Numbered from the stretch's first letter, positions 40,687-55,718 are shown. The stretch: DNA of 64,000 bases from the human T2T-CHM13v2.0 reference genome, Homo sapiens (GCF_009914755.1 NC_060931.1); one strand, 5' to 3'. Program-made: numbers and translations. Notes: generated by a model from the letters alone, not told the origin.

Positions 40687-43600
40687 AGGATGACCACCTG
40701 TCTGGTGTGAACCTAACATGCACCCCGTGTTCCCACCCTTCTACTCTTTCTCCTTCCATCTCTATAGTCAGCAGTGCCCTTGCTCCCTGGCCCACTGTCA
40801 CGTCTCAAATCTTCCCTGTTATTTAAGGACCAGCCAGATGTTCTACTTTCCAGGAAACATCCACATCCCTAGCTGGACATGCTCTCTGGGCCCCGACCCT
40901 GTCCCCACACTCCGCCTGGCACCGTGATTATTGTGATGCGTGTCTCTCTCTGATGAAACTTGTCTTTCACATCTGGTGTCCACCTGTCCCTCAGCCCAAG
41001 GCCTAGACCCTGGTTAATATTCAGGAGGATTTTGGCAGCGTTAGGCTGGGATAACAAACAACCTCCAAGGGCTGGTCCCACCAGTAGTGCTGGTCCCTCC
41101 CGCTGCCGCCCTCCGAGTGCCAGCATCTTCTCTTCTGCTACCTGCCATTTTCATCCCAAGACTCTGGTTGGGGGAGCAGCCCCCGTGTGACTGGCCAGCC
41201 TCAGGGCTGCTAGAAGAGAAGGTTCCAGGCCATGTGACTCTCCAGAAAGTGAGTTGTTTGGTCACGTGGGGCCAGAGGGGAAAATGTGCAGTCCTCCCTC
41301 AGTTGGAGCGACCGCCAGTCACAGGGCCATGTCGCTGTCCCCAGATCAAATGGATGACCTTCCGCCTGGCGGACGGTGAATGTTTTGAATGAGTGGGCGG
41401 AGGCTGAATGAATGAGCATCATTCTCCCTGCAGAGTTAATTCCTACAGCTCTGAAACTTTTCCCTCACTCTCTGAAGCCTCCACTCCTCCACCAAATGCC
41501 ACGTAGAACCGTTTTGTTTTGTTTTTTTCTCCTGAGATTTGAGTCACACCGGTGCCTGTCCAGCTGCCTCAACTTGCAGCAGAGGTTCCTAAACCCTGAG
41601 GTGAGGGGGCTGCAGCCCAGGCCTGCCATGCAGGGCTCAGGTTCACCTTGGGTCTGGTGGGACATGGAGTTAGAACCATGAGCTGCTGGTGCTCTCCACC
41701 CACCAGCAAATTAAGACTAAGTCAGGGCAGCCACTGTGTCCCAGCGGCTGCTTTTGATCCAGCTGAAGCTCGCTGGCCACTTAGGGACGGCGAGCACAGG
41801 GAGGTTGGGCGAGGCGACAGAATGCCGTCCTTGCTGCCGTTTGGGGCTTGGCTGCAGCCTCCAGCCCACCCCTTCCCGCAGAGGCAGGAGGCCACGCCAT
41901 AACCCGGCTCAGGCCCCAGCGCCCAGCCACGCAAGGCCATCCAAGCAACCAGCCAGAATTCCAGAACATTTCAGAAATGTCAGGAATTCCACGATGGCTG
42001 TCAGGTGAGGGTCCCTCCAGAAGTCCTGAAAGCTTGTCTCTCATTGCCTCAGCAAGATCCCTCTCCCAGGCCGCAGAGGCCCCCTGGCGAGGGTACAGGA
42101 CCCATCACACCAAGGACCTGAGTCACTCAGCTCTGCGATGGCATCGTAGCCTTAGCGTGAGACCCCAGAGAAAACCCCAGCTTTGCACCTTTCCCTTTAA
42201 ATGCCAGTTGCAGGCAATCTCCCTAGCAGCAGACGCCAGCAATTGCCGGTCTAAAATGCTTTTTAAAAATAATTTCATGTATTTTTTTTTTAAAAAAAAA
42301 AAGCTTCCAAGCTGGTATGTATGTCATCCTTACACCGCAAATGCTAAGGTGGGAAAACAAAAAACGAACGACAATCAGATGCTCCGTGTCTCCCAAACTG
42401 CACACGCTTTACGGAGAAGGAGAGTTGCACCGGGGCTTGTCAATGGCAGAGCCTTCCTGAAAGTCAGGTTCTCCTGTCAGGGTGGAGACCCAGCGGCTTT
42501 CAGGAGCAAAAAAGAAGTCTCCAAACCGACACGCTTTGCTCAGCGTTGACATATATTTCTCTCTTCCCTGCTGGTGTCAACAAAAAATGCTTTGTTGCCT
42601 GCAGTAATTTTACGGTCCAGAAGTGCCTTGCTGTAGCATTGCTGGTAGGCACGGCAGTGCGGCTCAGCTGCCTGAGACAGGGTCATGGGCCTTTGCCCAG
42701 CTCGTCTCCACCCCAGAGAAAGGGGCATGCGGGCCCCTAATTTATGGGGGTTCACCTGGCGCTCACAGACCCACCAGTTCCTACAGGCGGATATCCAAGT
42801 CCAGAGCTGTCGTGGGCGCGCTGAGTTGGGCCATCTTTGGAAAGAAACCCTGGGGCTGTCGCGGGGGGAGGGCGATGTCTCACCGACTACCAGGGTAATG
42901 GCCGCGCTCAATTTTGCCTTTCACATTTTAATTGTACAACAGTAATTTTGCAATGGAGTTGCCGATGGCAAACATGCAAAAGACATTAACTTTATTTATG
43001 TTTTGGATTATTAATGTGGCTGTTAAAATTCCTCCAGTTAGTTTTGATTGAATTGTTTTTTTGTGTGATTCTGCTGTTTAATGGGGCGGTAAATAAGAAT
43101 TTCTGATAATGAGGCTGAGCATCTGTCACAACAACCTGGTGTGGGCTATTAACATTTCCATTAACGGCAGGGTGGGCAGTGATAATACGGAAACCACACA
43201 GTTAGAACAAAATAAATAGTTGGTGTCAGGCTGAGTGGGTGTTAATTACTATTTTATTCTGCGCTGGGGGGAGAGAGCAGAAAGTGGGGAGGGGGTGATG
43301 GGGAAGGGGCGAGTCCTGAGGTCAGTCTCTCCCAAGAAGGCCTCTCCAGAGAGCCGGGTGCTGGGCCATCTCCCTCGGACAGCGACTGTTTTATCGTCTC
43401 CATCGATGGTCCGTAAAGACACTCAGTCAAAAGGCTGCACTCCTGGGCCGCAGCCCCGGCGGCAGGCGGAGAGGAGTGCTCGGCTGGCCTCTGCCTCCGG
43501 GAGCCAGGCCCCCTGCACAGCTGCCCTGGAGCTCCCCAGGGCCCAGCTCATGGACAGCCGGGAGAGCCCCAGTGGGAGGAGGGAGTAGCAGAGAATAGGC

Positions 43601-44019
43601 CGTCAAGAGAAAGTGCGCAGCGTGGAATTCAAAGATAGTGTGAAGCTGGCATGGGGCAGACAGGACGGAGGCGTTCTGGAACGCAGGCGTGTGCTCCCAA
43701 CTGCCTAAATGGCTGTGTGGTGAGGTGCGGAGGTGCGGCCACACCCCTAATGGCGGTGTGGTAAGGCGCGGAGGTGCGGCCGCAACATCCTCATGTGTCC
43801 TTTGGTTTGCGTGTGCCATGCAGCCCTGCAGACGCAGACAGCACCCCAGTGAGCTCCTCCCCAGGGGGAGCGAGGGGGCTGGAGGGGAAGACTGGATCCT
43901 CAGAACGTGAAGCCAGAGCTGGCCTCAGAGAGCAAAGTGCAGCCATGTTCTCAAACATCGGAGCTTCCTGTCCCTCTTAGAGGGGCAACTCTGTGTATCT
44001 GGACGAACTTCATCTAGAT

Positions 44020-44430
44020 CAGGGCTTCATAGCCAGGGATGCCTGAACCTGTCATGGGAACACAGCTATCTTTTCTCTAATCTCAATCAGTAATATTAGT
44101 GACAAAAACCACAGCAGTCAGGAGTCCTGTGACTCCCTCGCCGATAGAGCCGCAGTGACCCTGTCACATCCCAGGCATTGCTGGGACCTCAAGTTAACAT
44201 CCTCACCCACCAATGCTTTGATCTCACAGCAACCATCAGACCAGCCCCTAAGCCTGGTCAGGTATTAACCAAGAAGCACGTGGATTACGATCTCATACCT
44301 TTGGTTTCAAATACTCTGCTAACTGTATCTCGGTATAATTATTTTTCTGTGCAATTCTATATATTTTATTGTATGCATTTAAGAACATCGTATGGGAAGG
44401 ATTTGTGGTCTTCCCTGGCATAAAAGGGCT
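44020..44430. mobile_element. Old hAT-Charlie (Charlie4a/MER113-like) fragment
   Basis: aaaccacagcagtc...ctgtgact; tatattttattgtatgcatttaagaacat. Confidence 0.5.
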
Positions 44431-44636
44431 GAGAGCTCTTAGGGGGACACAGAGCCACGGATCCCAGGACATAACTGTCTAAGGCCTCCTAAGCCAGGGC
44501 GACGGCCCAGGGAAGAATCTCTCACATGGTTCCCAGCGGAATTAGGGCATGCTCGAGCCCCATGGGCATGTGGGCGAGGGTCCGGGCCGGCTCTGAATGA
44601 ACGTCTCAGCTTCTCTCCGCATTGCTCTTTCCTCAG

Positions 44637-44752
44637 CCCCGGCCATGGCCCCGCAGAACGTGCAGGTGACCCCACTCACGGCCAGCCAGCTGGAGGTCAC
44701 GTGGGACCCACCACCCCCGGAGAGCCAGAATGGGAACATCCAAGGCTACAAG
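44637..44752 (+). CDS. SDK1: SDK1 coding exon (116 nt): [39 protein letters not shown], ending at a GC donor
   Basis: ctttcctcag| acceptor; FN3 motif; donor AAG|gcaagg gives the expected GYK|IYY junction. Confidence 0.94.
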
Positions 44753-44758
44753 GCAAGG
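44750..44758 (+). promoter_or_regulatory. Non-canonical GC 5' splice site (AAG|GCAAGG) of GC-AG intron 44753-46856
   Basis: Needed for the in-frame GYK-IYY junction; matches the AG|GCAAG pattern of GC donors. Confidence 0.88.
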
Positions 44759-46856
44759 CCCTCCCGTGCGGTTGCCTCCCCTGGCTCGCTTGGGCACCCC
44801 TCGTTCACGTGGTCCTGCCTACTGCATTGCCAGCAGCAGACCCCGCAGGCGCTCCACCTGGAGAGCTGGGGCCCAAGCGTCGGAGCTTGGCTAGACCTGG
44901 CCTGTTAACTGTGGTCACAGCTGCTTGTGGGTGGGAGGCAGCACAGGGGCCAGGCTCACTGCACACCTGGCTGTGCCCACCACAAAACAACCCAGGTTGG
45001 GGGCCCTTGTTTGTCCACTGGCTTCTCCCCACTCTGGACGCATGGCCTGGCTGGGGAACCCTTCCGTTTCCTGGGCCCATTCTGGAGCCCCCAGTACATT
45101 GGCTGACTATAAAAGAACATGGGGCGCCTGGAAGAGACCAGGCTCCCCATCCCAGCTCCCCCCTTGGTCACAGTTGGACACTGAGTGAGTCCCTTGATTC
45201 GGTCGGTCCAGGGTGGGGCCCGCCAGTCTCATTCCTCACAAGGTCCCAGATGTGAGGTCCCTGGGAACCCTGCTTTGAGAACCGCCACGGTAACATGTGA
45301 GAAGCCCATTGTCACTGGAGGGTCTAGAGATGGGGAGAAAGGAAGGCAGCAGGCCATGACAGGAGAGCGTCGAGTGAGGAATCATTATGTGGGGCTGGGT
45401 TATCCATGGGGCGGGAAGCACCTCTCCACGTCCCATCCCTGAGGCCTGGCCTCCTTAGAGAGTACAGGGCCCATAAGCATCCGGGGTCTTTGCCATGAAA
45501 ACGCCCCCATCCTTCTCCTAAATAAATTCCCCTGTCTATTCTGCTGGGACCCAAGTCGATCAGTCATCAGATTCTGGGGGCTAGCCTCCCCTAATGACTA
45601 TTGGACCGATTAAATGTCCATTTAAAGATGGTTTTTGCAGGTGTGTTATGAAAATTAATACCTTCCTCCATGGCAGGGCTGTTACAGTGATGAATGAGCT
45701 AATGGAGAGCCCCATGAGCTTGGAGGCATGGCGCTATTTATGTATGTCCAAAATATGTTTTCTAATTTCCTTAATGATAAAGACACTGATCTTGGATATT
45801 GATCTCAAGTTAGCAAGGCCTGGGCGAGCGGAAGATCTTAGACGGTCAATTCAGTGAGCAGAAGCCCACTACATCCTGCAGGTGGAAATGAACGATGCTC
45901 ACCAGTCAGGGCCTGCCCAGCAAGAGCAAGGCGGGCGGGTGTGCGAGGCAGGCGTGCCAGCCCTGGGGCGCTCCAGGCTGCCTCCCCGAAGCCTCCGTGC
46001 TGCCTTTTCACATGGGCAAGCCGCTCTAACAGCCTGGCCCTGGTTTAGACCCACAGAGCCAAGGTGGGTCTTCTGATTGGTGTTGTCTTTGGGCAGCCTG
46101 GCTGGCACTGGTCGGAGGTAGCAGTGGTTTCCGGCCAGCTGTCTAGGGAAGCAATTCTGGCAACCTCTTTAAACCTTTGTGCTTGGGCGTCAAGTTCAAC
46201 TACAAGCACATAAAAGCTAGACAAGAGGAAATGGCACCCCAGAGGAATGAGGCCTTCCCAGCAGCCCTGAGCCCAACATAGTTCTCCTGCCTGTTGTTTT
46301 TGATTGCTTTAATCTCCAAAGTATATTGCCATATTGAGGAAAACTTAGATGTCGGCTCTGAATAAAATGTGGGAACACATCGTAGGAGTTGGGGGTTTGT
46401 TGTCTCCATAGCTCGGAGCAGGGGGTGGACACGGGGCGGCTTCCCTTCTCTCCAGAAGATGGGGGAGAGGGAGAGGCCAAAAATCAAAACACCAACAGAG
46501 CTAGGTCTGCAAGGAAAGGCACATCATCGGCAGCTGAAGGGCAGCTTCCCTTCCGTCCTCACAACTTATCTTCAACAGCGCTTTGTTTAACGAGGCAATG
46601 CTCATACTCTAGGTGAGCAACAGGAAAATGTTAAACATCGTCTCCCAAACAACATTAGCAGCCAGGGGTCCCCGTCCATACACAGTAGCCTCAGCTTCTC
46701 CCTGATTCCTCCAGGAGGGAGCCTTTCCACCTTCCCACCCAGCACAGCTCGCCCCAGAACTCAGCTCACCCCCTCGCTTTGACCTTACACTCAGTGGCCC
46801 CCGCTTACTGGAAGGCTTCCCCAGGACCCACCCCAACCTCTTGCTGTTCCTAACAG

Positions 46857-47043
46857 ATTTACTACTGGGAGGCAGACAGCCAGAACGAAACGGAGAAAAT
46901 GAAGGTCCTCTTCCTCCCCGAGCCCGTGGTGAGGCTGAAGAACCTGACCAGCCATACCAAGTACCTGGTCAGCATATCAGCCTTCAACGCCGCCGGAGAT
47001 GGACCTAAGAGTGACCCCCAGCAGGGGCGCACCCACCAGGCCG
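46857..47043 (+). CDS. SDK1: SDK1 coding exon (187 nt): [62 protein letters not shown]
   Basis: ctaacag| acceptor, CCG|gtagga donor; FN3 C-terminal half motif. Confidence 0.96.
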
Positions 47044-48782
47044 GTAGGAGGAAGGCGGGTTTCCTTTGGGCAGGCCTCCTTGGACACGTGTTTTGAGAGC
47101 GCCAGCTCAGGTCCCCTCACACAGTGGTTCCCGGCCCGCCCAGGCGGAAGGCAACACCTTTTGAGTAGCTGGGAGTTTCTGGATGGGCAGGACTGGGTTT
47201 GGCTCATTTGTTCTCCCTGTGCCTGGCCTCAGACTGGTACACAGTGGCGCTAAATAAATGTTAGGTGGGTTGGAGCAATGCATGCTTTTTCCCAGAGCCC
47301 TGGAGATTCAGAGGGGAGGAAGGGCTTTGAGTCTGCAGCAAGGCCTCGTTCATAACTGACAGCATCCATTCCAGTTCCTCCAAGAAATGGAACTTCCCAT
47401 CAGGGGCGCCTGATGGCATGTCCAGATCCTTGGGGGTAGGCTCCTCGGGCAGTAAATCCAGGCCACAGCGACGGGAATTCCCCTGGGTCTCAGGGCCACA
47501 GACCACCCCTGGAGACTGCTCACTACACACATGCCACGGGCCAGTCCCGAGGGCTCAGACAGGTGCTGCGCTGCTGTGGCCTCATCTCCACGCACAGGGC
47601 GCAGCGCCTGTTCTCAGTCGACCCCTCTTCCAGCGCATCTCAGTTTCCTAGCAGCCTGGAGGATGCTGTGAAGCTGCTTGGCCTTGGGCTCTGAGGAGCT
47701 CTCCAAGGCCCTCTGTAGGATTCTGGAAGTCTGAGAGACTGGGAGAGTGAGGTCTGGGAACCGTGGGCAGAGACGCAGGGCTCAGGGCCTTCCGACATTC
47801 CATGGGTTCAGCTGACCCACAGACAATGGACTCCGGGAATCAGGGCCCCTTGGCATCAAACTCTCATGTGCTGACCACAACCAGGTTGCAAGGACCACTT
47901 CCTTTGGCTTCATCCAGTGCCCGCATCTGAGCTGGAAGGATGTGGGCAGATCTGTAGGCAGAGATGAGGGTAGAGCCATGTTGAGCACTGCCGGCCTGGC
48001 AGGTCACAGCTGTGGGTCCCAGAGACTGGAGGGAGGGCAGAGAGGGAGGAGGGTGGGTGCCACTTCACAGGCACTTCTGAGCAGCGAGGGGCACCAGGGC
48101 GAGGAGAGTAGGTCCCCCACCTAGGCTGTCTGGTAGGGGCAGCCCCAGTACACGCCCACCTTACACGGCGCCCGGGCAGAGGGGGAGCTGCCAGCAGGCT
48201 CCACATCACCCCGGCCACACACCTGACCTTCAGTAGCTCTAGATATTTCCACCAGCTCCCTCCCCGCTCCAGACCCAGGGGGACACTCAGCCTGGAGAGT
48301 GTGGTGGGAGATTTCACGTGCAGGAGCCAGGGGTGTCCCCCAAAACCCCCAGGCCTCTGAGGGAGAGGCGAGGAGGGGTCAAGAGAGGCTTCATCCATCA
48401 CAGAGCTCCGTCTCTCCGGCAAAGAGCAGGACTAGAGCTTCTGGAATCCTCCAGCAGTTGCTAGAAAATGGAGCTCCCTGCGTTTCATTTTCTATTTCCA
48501 TCTATTATTCATTTTTATGCCTTTGCCGTTTTGTCTCTCAAGCCCCTTTGTGTTTAAACACTGTCATTTTCTCCACTCTTCTCAGGAGGGTCTGCGTGTC
48601 TGATTGATCCTCGGAAGTTCTGAGGTGATCAATAAATCTTTTCATTTTATGACATTCAGACTTTTACTGAGTTGAAAATAACATCGAATAACATTTTTTA
48701 TTCTATACGGAGGCACAGACATGTATGTATATGATCTATGTAGGAGCCCCTGTAAAAGTCACTTTGTGTTCTATTCTCCCAG

Positions 48783-48920
48783 CCCCTGGGGCCCCCAGCT
48801 TTCTGGCGTTCTCAGAAATAACCTCCACCACGCTCAACGTGTCCTGGGGCGAGCCTGCGGCGGCCAACGGCATCCTGCAGGGCTATCGGGTGGTGTACGA
48901 GCCCTTGGCCCCTGTACAAG
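48783..48920 (+). CDS. SDK1: SDK1 coding exon (138 nt): APGAPSFLAFSEITSTTLNVSWGEPAAANGILQGYRVVYEPLAPVQ
   Basis: tctcccag| acceptor, AAG|gtaaga donor; FN3 N-terminal half. Confidence 0.96.
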
Positions 48921-50049
48921 GTAAGACCCGGGGTTGGGGAGATGGGAGCGCGGGCCACACCAGTGCCCAGCCCTCTGCAGTCTACACAGTGAGCCGCACC
49001 TGACCGCTTCTGTGGGCCAGGAGCCTTCTGGCGCCTGAAGTGGGGGGTTTTGGAATCTGAGCTGGACGGGGCTGGAGCTGAGTGCGAGGGGAGCGGGGAC
49101 TCGCGGGGAAAGGCCTGTGAGGAAAAGCTGAGCCAAGACCAGACCTCTGTGTTCTGAGACCAGAATGGCACTCTCCCTCTGAAGCCGTGTCATATATGCC
49201 CTTGATCCTGTCTCTGTCACACTCAAGACATTCCTCTCCTATTCCTCCCGAGATGTTTGTCCTGTGGTCGCCGACAGAGACCACCCAGGGTTCCACTTGA
49301 AGCCACGCCTCACAACACAGGCCTTCGGCTACCCTCAGCATCCTAGGAGGGATGCTGGCATCCCCGTGTCTTAGCACCCTGGTGCTCCCCTCGCTCATCC
49401 GTCCCCTCAGCGGACATCTATGAAGCTCCTGTTCTACATGCTGGAAAAGCCAAGACATGCTCCAGATGCTGGAATCGAGGACCTGGGAAAGCCAGGATTT
49501 TGACTGGCTTGTTTATCAGGTCCCTGGCTTTCCTGCGTCCAGGCAGTTCCTATTCCAGGGCAGAGGTAACACACAGGTAATTAAATCAGCAAACAACAGC
49601 CCGAGCGTGATCAGTGCTTTGGAGGAAAGAGAGGAGGGCTAACACAAGAGGCTTAGGGAAGAGACCGGAGTGACAAGGGCCCGGACACACAAGAATCCTG
49701 GGGAAGATCTTCCGAAGGGAGGATCCGCCAATCTAGGGGCCCACGGTGGGCAGAGCTTGGGTGGTGCTGGTGGCTGGAGCTTGGTGAGTGGGGTGCAGGC
49801 ACTGCAGGCCACAGCACACGGGGCTATGGCATATCCCACTGGAGAGTGACACAGGAGCAGGAGGACCTGACCTCCCCAAGACCAGGATCCCTCGGGCCCA
49901 ATCCCCCGTCTCAGTGTCACGATGGAAAGAAGCTATCGTTCATCTCCACACTTCCTAGATCAACCGGAAACAGCTTCCATAGAAGAGCAGGGAAGGTGTT
50001 GCCAACACAGAGGACTTTGAAAGAGGAAATGTCAGGGGCTTGACAGTGA

Positions 50050-50665
<616 letters not shown>

Positions 50666-51761
50666 CCCTGCTTAGGTGTTATTCCAGTGCCTTCTGTGTC
50701 CCTCTCTCCTGCCATCCAGACACCAATGTGTCCACCAAAGATTCCGGTCTGGGAGGCACGTCTTTCCCACCACACTGGGGTGAAATACAAGTCCAGCTGT
50801 CTCTGCCTTATGGTCCAGGGCAAGTTTCCCCCTGTAATATACACAGACAGACTGTAAAAATTATAGATTATTTAATGTCTGCGAGGAAAAAATACAACGA
50901 GCACATCAAAGAATATCGGCGCTCCATTTAAAGCCGTGATAAAAGTTTCCTTTAAAAATAAGCACATTTAGATGAAACGGAGTTGATTTGATGAAGAAAA
51001 TTTAAGCACTAGTTTTTTATTTCACTGAATCTCAGATGCCATTCACTGTAAGATTCATCATTATTTTATGAAGTGCTCAGAAAGAAAAAATGCTCCCAAT
51101 AAACCAGAGCCCAATACTTTTGTATCATCAATTCTGAGCTGCATCCCAAATCGGAGATGTGAAAATCCGAGAAAGAAAAAAAAAATCACGTCTTAGACAA
51201 TCGATGGACTTTGGTAAATAACAGTAGAGGTGAGATGTGGGCATGGTTTTTGAACCAGCAGAGAGGGCATGGGAGGGACGGGGATTTAGTGTGGCCACTT
51301 CGAGGGGCGGCCAGGATCTGTTGTGACCTTCCGAGTGCCCAGCACCTGCCTGGGAGCCAGGGGGCCTGGACGAGGCTGCCTTCGAGGTCCCACAGCAGAG
51401 GCCCAGAAGCAGGCATGCCATTTGCTCTTGCTTGTCCTGCAGGGAGAAACAGTAGAGAATTTTGGAGACACACACGGGTTCCATGAGCCTGTGTTACAAA
51501 TGCCTTTTCAAGGGTCATAACCAACGAGGACCATTTAAATGAGAATTGACTGTGAAAGCTTCATAGTTCTGATTGACCTGTGAGTCCTTCCTAATCAAAG
51601 GCAGCTCAGGTTTTCCCATTCTTCCTCAAGTAAGTGACTGGTTCTGCTCCCCAGTCTTCTGTGTTAATGGATTTGCAGAATCTCCGTGGAAACTCCATGG
51701 TGTGTGCCTCTGGGCTTCTCTCTTGGGCTGCTGCTCTTAGTCTTGTGAGAAAGTGCTTCAT

Positions 51762-52400
<639 letters not shown>

Positions 52401-52719
52401 TCAGAAGTGCCGCACAGGGGCCTCGATGTGTTGGGTCCTCTTCTCTCTGCAGTTTCACTCCCCTAGAATTGTTTCTTGGCTTCTACCAAACCTTCCCCCT
52501 AGCCCAGTCTCCCAGACACAAGACCCTGCACATCTGGCTTCCCTTGTGTTTTCAGTGTTGCCGTTTCTTGTTCGTTTCATGACAGTTTTTGCATCACTGG
52601 GAAACTCAAAGCATTCGGAAGATTTTTAGACAATCCTTTCAGCATGTCCCGCTTACATGGGCATTCTGTGTTCTCGCTATACACAGGCACCCCCCAGGTA
52701 TAATCACAGTGATAGGTGA

Positions 52720-52945
52720 TGTTTGTTGAGCTCAAGTCGGGCACTGTGCTCAGCACTTAACATCCGCTATCTCCAAATCCTCAGAACGGCTCTACCTTGT
52801 GGCTGCAGCTTTTCTTCTCCTCCCGCAGACAGAGAGATTGGGCTCAGAGCCACAAAGACATTTGCCCAAGGCCTGCGTTTTGAAAATAATGACGAGGGTT
52901 GGGATTTGAACCCAGGTGTTCTGAGTCCAGAGCCAAGGCCTAAAC
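52720..52945. mobile_element. MIR fragment
   Basis: ggcactgtgctcagcactt...ttgcccaagg...gggatttgaacccagg. Confidence 0.65.
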
Positions 52946-55718
52946 TGCTCCATGATGGGCAGAAAGCGTCTGGAGCACTTGTGTTTCTGAAAGTAAATGT
53001 GAAGGTGAACTTCAGAGATGGGGCTTGAGGAGGATTCACTAAAGCGTTTTATATTCTAGACAAACCGCTGGCTGCACAGCCGAGTAGGGGGCCTGTCTCT
53101 CCCCTGGATGGCAAAAGGTGGAGTCACTTTAGTCACAACCGTTTTCGCCTCTTTTCACAAATAGCAAGACCGTCCGTCACCAGCCTTGTCTCTTTTGTCT
53201 GTTGCGAAGGGCTGGTTCCTTCATCCTGGATTTTCCTGGCTTTGCAACCGAGGCAATGTGCTCTGAGATTAGAGCGAGAGGGGAGCAGCACTGTCTTGCT
53301 TTGCAGCTCCTTCCTTGGCTCTGCAGGCTGAGGGGCGGCCAGGATCTCAGCAGAAAAAGCTCCATCAGGCCTCCCCGGGTGTCAGGAAGAACAAGCCATG
53401 CAGACCCCCCACGTTTGGGCTTGCTGGGGGCTTGGGCACGTTCCAGACTTCGGATTCCTGCACATCAGTCAAGCAGCGGATCCAGGTGTGGATTGCCCAG
53501 CGGTGCTGGTGACATGAGGCGTCCAGCCCCCACCCAATGGCCTTATAGAGCTTCCTCTAGACATGACACCTGGCTCTGACTAAGCCATGGGGCCCCCGCC
53601 GGGGTCTTTCCCGCCACAACACCGTCAGTCTGCAGGCACCATCATCCGTGGTCCGGCTCCAGCCGGGATGAGCCTGAGTCTGGCTATAGGTTCCAGATCC
53701 CTCCTGGCTTCTCCCTCGGGCAGGACTCAGCAACCCTGCCCCCCAGTGCCACCCAGGTGGACCTCATGGCTGCCTGGGGAAGGCCCTCCTCACCACAAAT
53801 GCCAGCAGAGCCTCGGGACCCTGGCGCTCGCCTGCCTCCCCTGATGGTATTGGCCAGAACCCTGGCTCGCCGAGACACTAACCCCAGGCCTGTCCGACAA
53901 GCCACATCCCGTACCCACATACGCCAAAAGAAGAACGTGGACCAAGAGAGGATGGCAGATCAGACTCACTGAGTCAGCTTATATCTCATCGGGGGCCAGA
54001 GCACTGGCATCTGATGAAGATTCCCAATTGGTGGGTGGTGAAGGTGGAGGTGGCAGAGGCGGAGGGGCCTATCTCTCCCTTCTCCTGAGTCCAGGCCTTG
54101 GGCGGAGTCCCCCTACACCGACTCTGCGCTGGGCCACGGGATTCGCTTCAGCCAGCGGGACAATAGCTGTCATGAGGCAAGCAGCTTCAAAAGCATTTGC
54201 ACGTGGGAGGCACCCTGGTCCTCCTGCTGCCCTTGGAACCCAACCACCATGTGAACACACCTGGGCTGGCCTGTGGGGTGACAGTCACGCACGGCCCAGC
54301 ATGGGAGAGGGGCCACCTGGGCCAGCCAACCCCCAGTGAGACTCAATGTGTGACCGCAGACATGCTGAGTCTAGTGCAGGCCAGCCCGGCCAAAGGACTG
54401 CCCCGCGGTACGGGAGCTGGTTTGGTGGTGGTGGTTTTGAGCCACTCGGTTTTGGAGTGGTTTGGTTCACAGCCGTGCACGAGAGAGGTACAGCAGGTGA
54501 GGAGTCCATGTTGATTGTGGAGCACCTATTACTTGATGCGTTCTTAGACAATAGTCAGAGTTGGGGTCCTGACTATCGGCTGGGCACTCCCACTCATCCC
54601 CCCTGCCCTGCTCCACTCCTCACCGTGGTCCTATGAGGTAAGCGCTGCCAACCTCAGAGCAGAGGGAGAAACTGAGGACTCTGCAGAGACCACATGTCCT
54701 GCCCAGCCTCACACAGGGAGCAAGCAGTGGGCTTCAGACCACTCCCATCCCCGTTCCTGCATTCTCTCTTCCTCCCAGCTGACTCTGCAGATACCACAAC
54801 CGGCCTTGGCAGGAACGTGGTTCAGGAAGCACTCATCCTGGCAGCTGCTCTCTGCCTGCAGGCATTTCTGAGTGTCTTGGCCTCCTGAGGCTGGGGAAGG
54901 GAGGACGTGAACTCTCTGTTGAATGTGGGAGGATGCCGGGATAGCTTGAAAAGGACGACAACGCCACACGATGGAGTGTGGCCAAGGGCAGGGTGGTTGA
55001 CAGAAGGCAACGACTGGGAAAAAGCAAAGCAGCTTCGTGCACCCCGTGGAGGTTACACCATCCAGCCCTCACTGCCCTGCACCTCCACACCCAGACTGGC
55101 CCCGCCCCACGGCCGCTGCTCCCACTCTCACCCGGAGGGGCTGCACTCCCGTCTGCTCCTCCCCGAGGCCCCTAGGAGACAACTGTGCCTGCGTGGGGGA
55201 CTCTGAAAAATCCAGACTCTAACCCTTTCACTATTGCATCAGGATTCCCAACGGGGAACCACAAAAGCGGTAACTGGACCTCCACATGACTTTCAATATT
55301 TTGCTCATGGAGTCTGTGCGTGTCCCAGGGAAACAGTTGCAAACGCAGTGAAACATCAGGCATCCTTGAAGTATATTGTGATGACAAAATATTTTAAAAT
55401 ATGGTAAAGATAGTTAAAAAGTAAACAGTGATCTCACCTGGTAGGGGATCTGTGGGGTCTTCTGACCTCTTTCCACACCTCCTCACCCAGAACCAGGTCT
55501 GTGCCTGACATCTGCAAACTCTTGGCTGGGCATTGACCAGTCGGGCCAAGGCAAATAGAGGGTACAGCATTTACCCGGTATGGGCAGCTCCTCTAGTCAC
55601 TCCACTGTGAACACAGTCGTGGCTCATCCTGTGTGCTGGGCAGAGCCCAGGGCCATCCCCAGCCATCCCCGTCACTCTAGGGAACACTCCTCGAACCCCT
55701 GGGACATCACATTGTCCA

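Noticed and set aside
47016-47032. CTCF-like ccagcaggggcgc in an exon
   Set aside because: One G short of the core motif and explained by coding sequence
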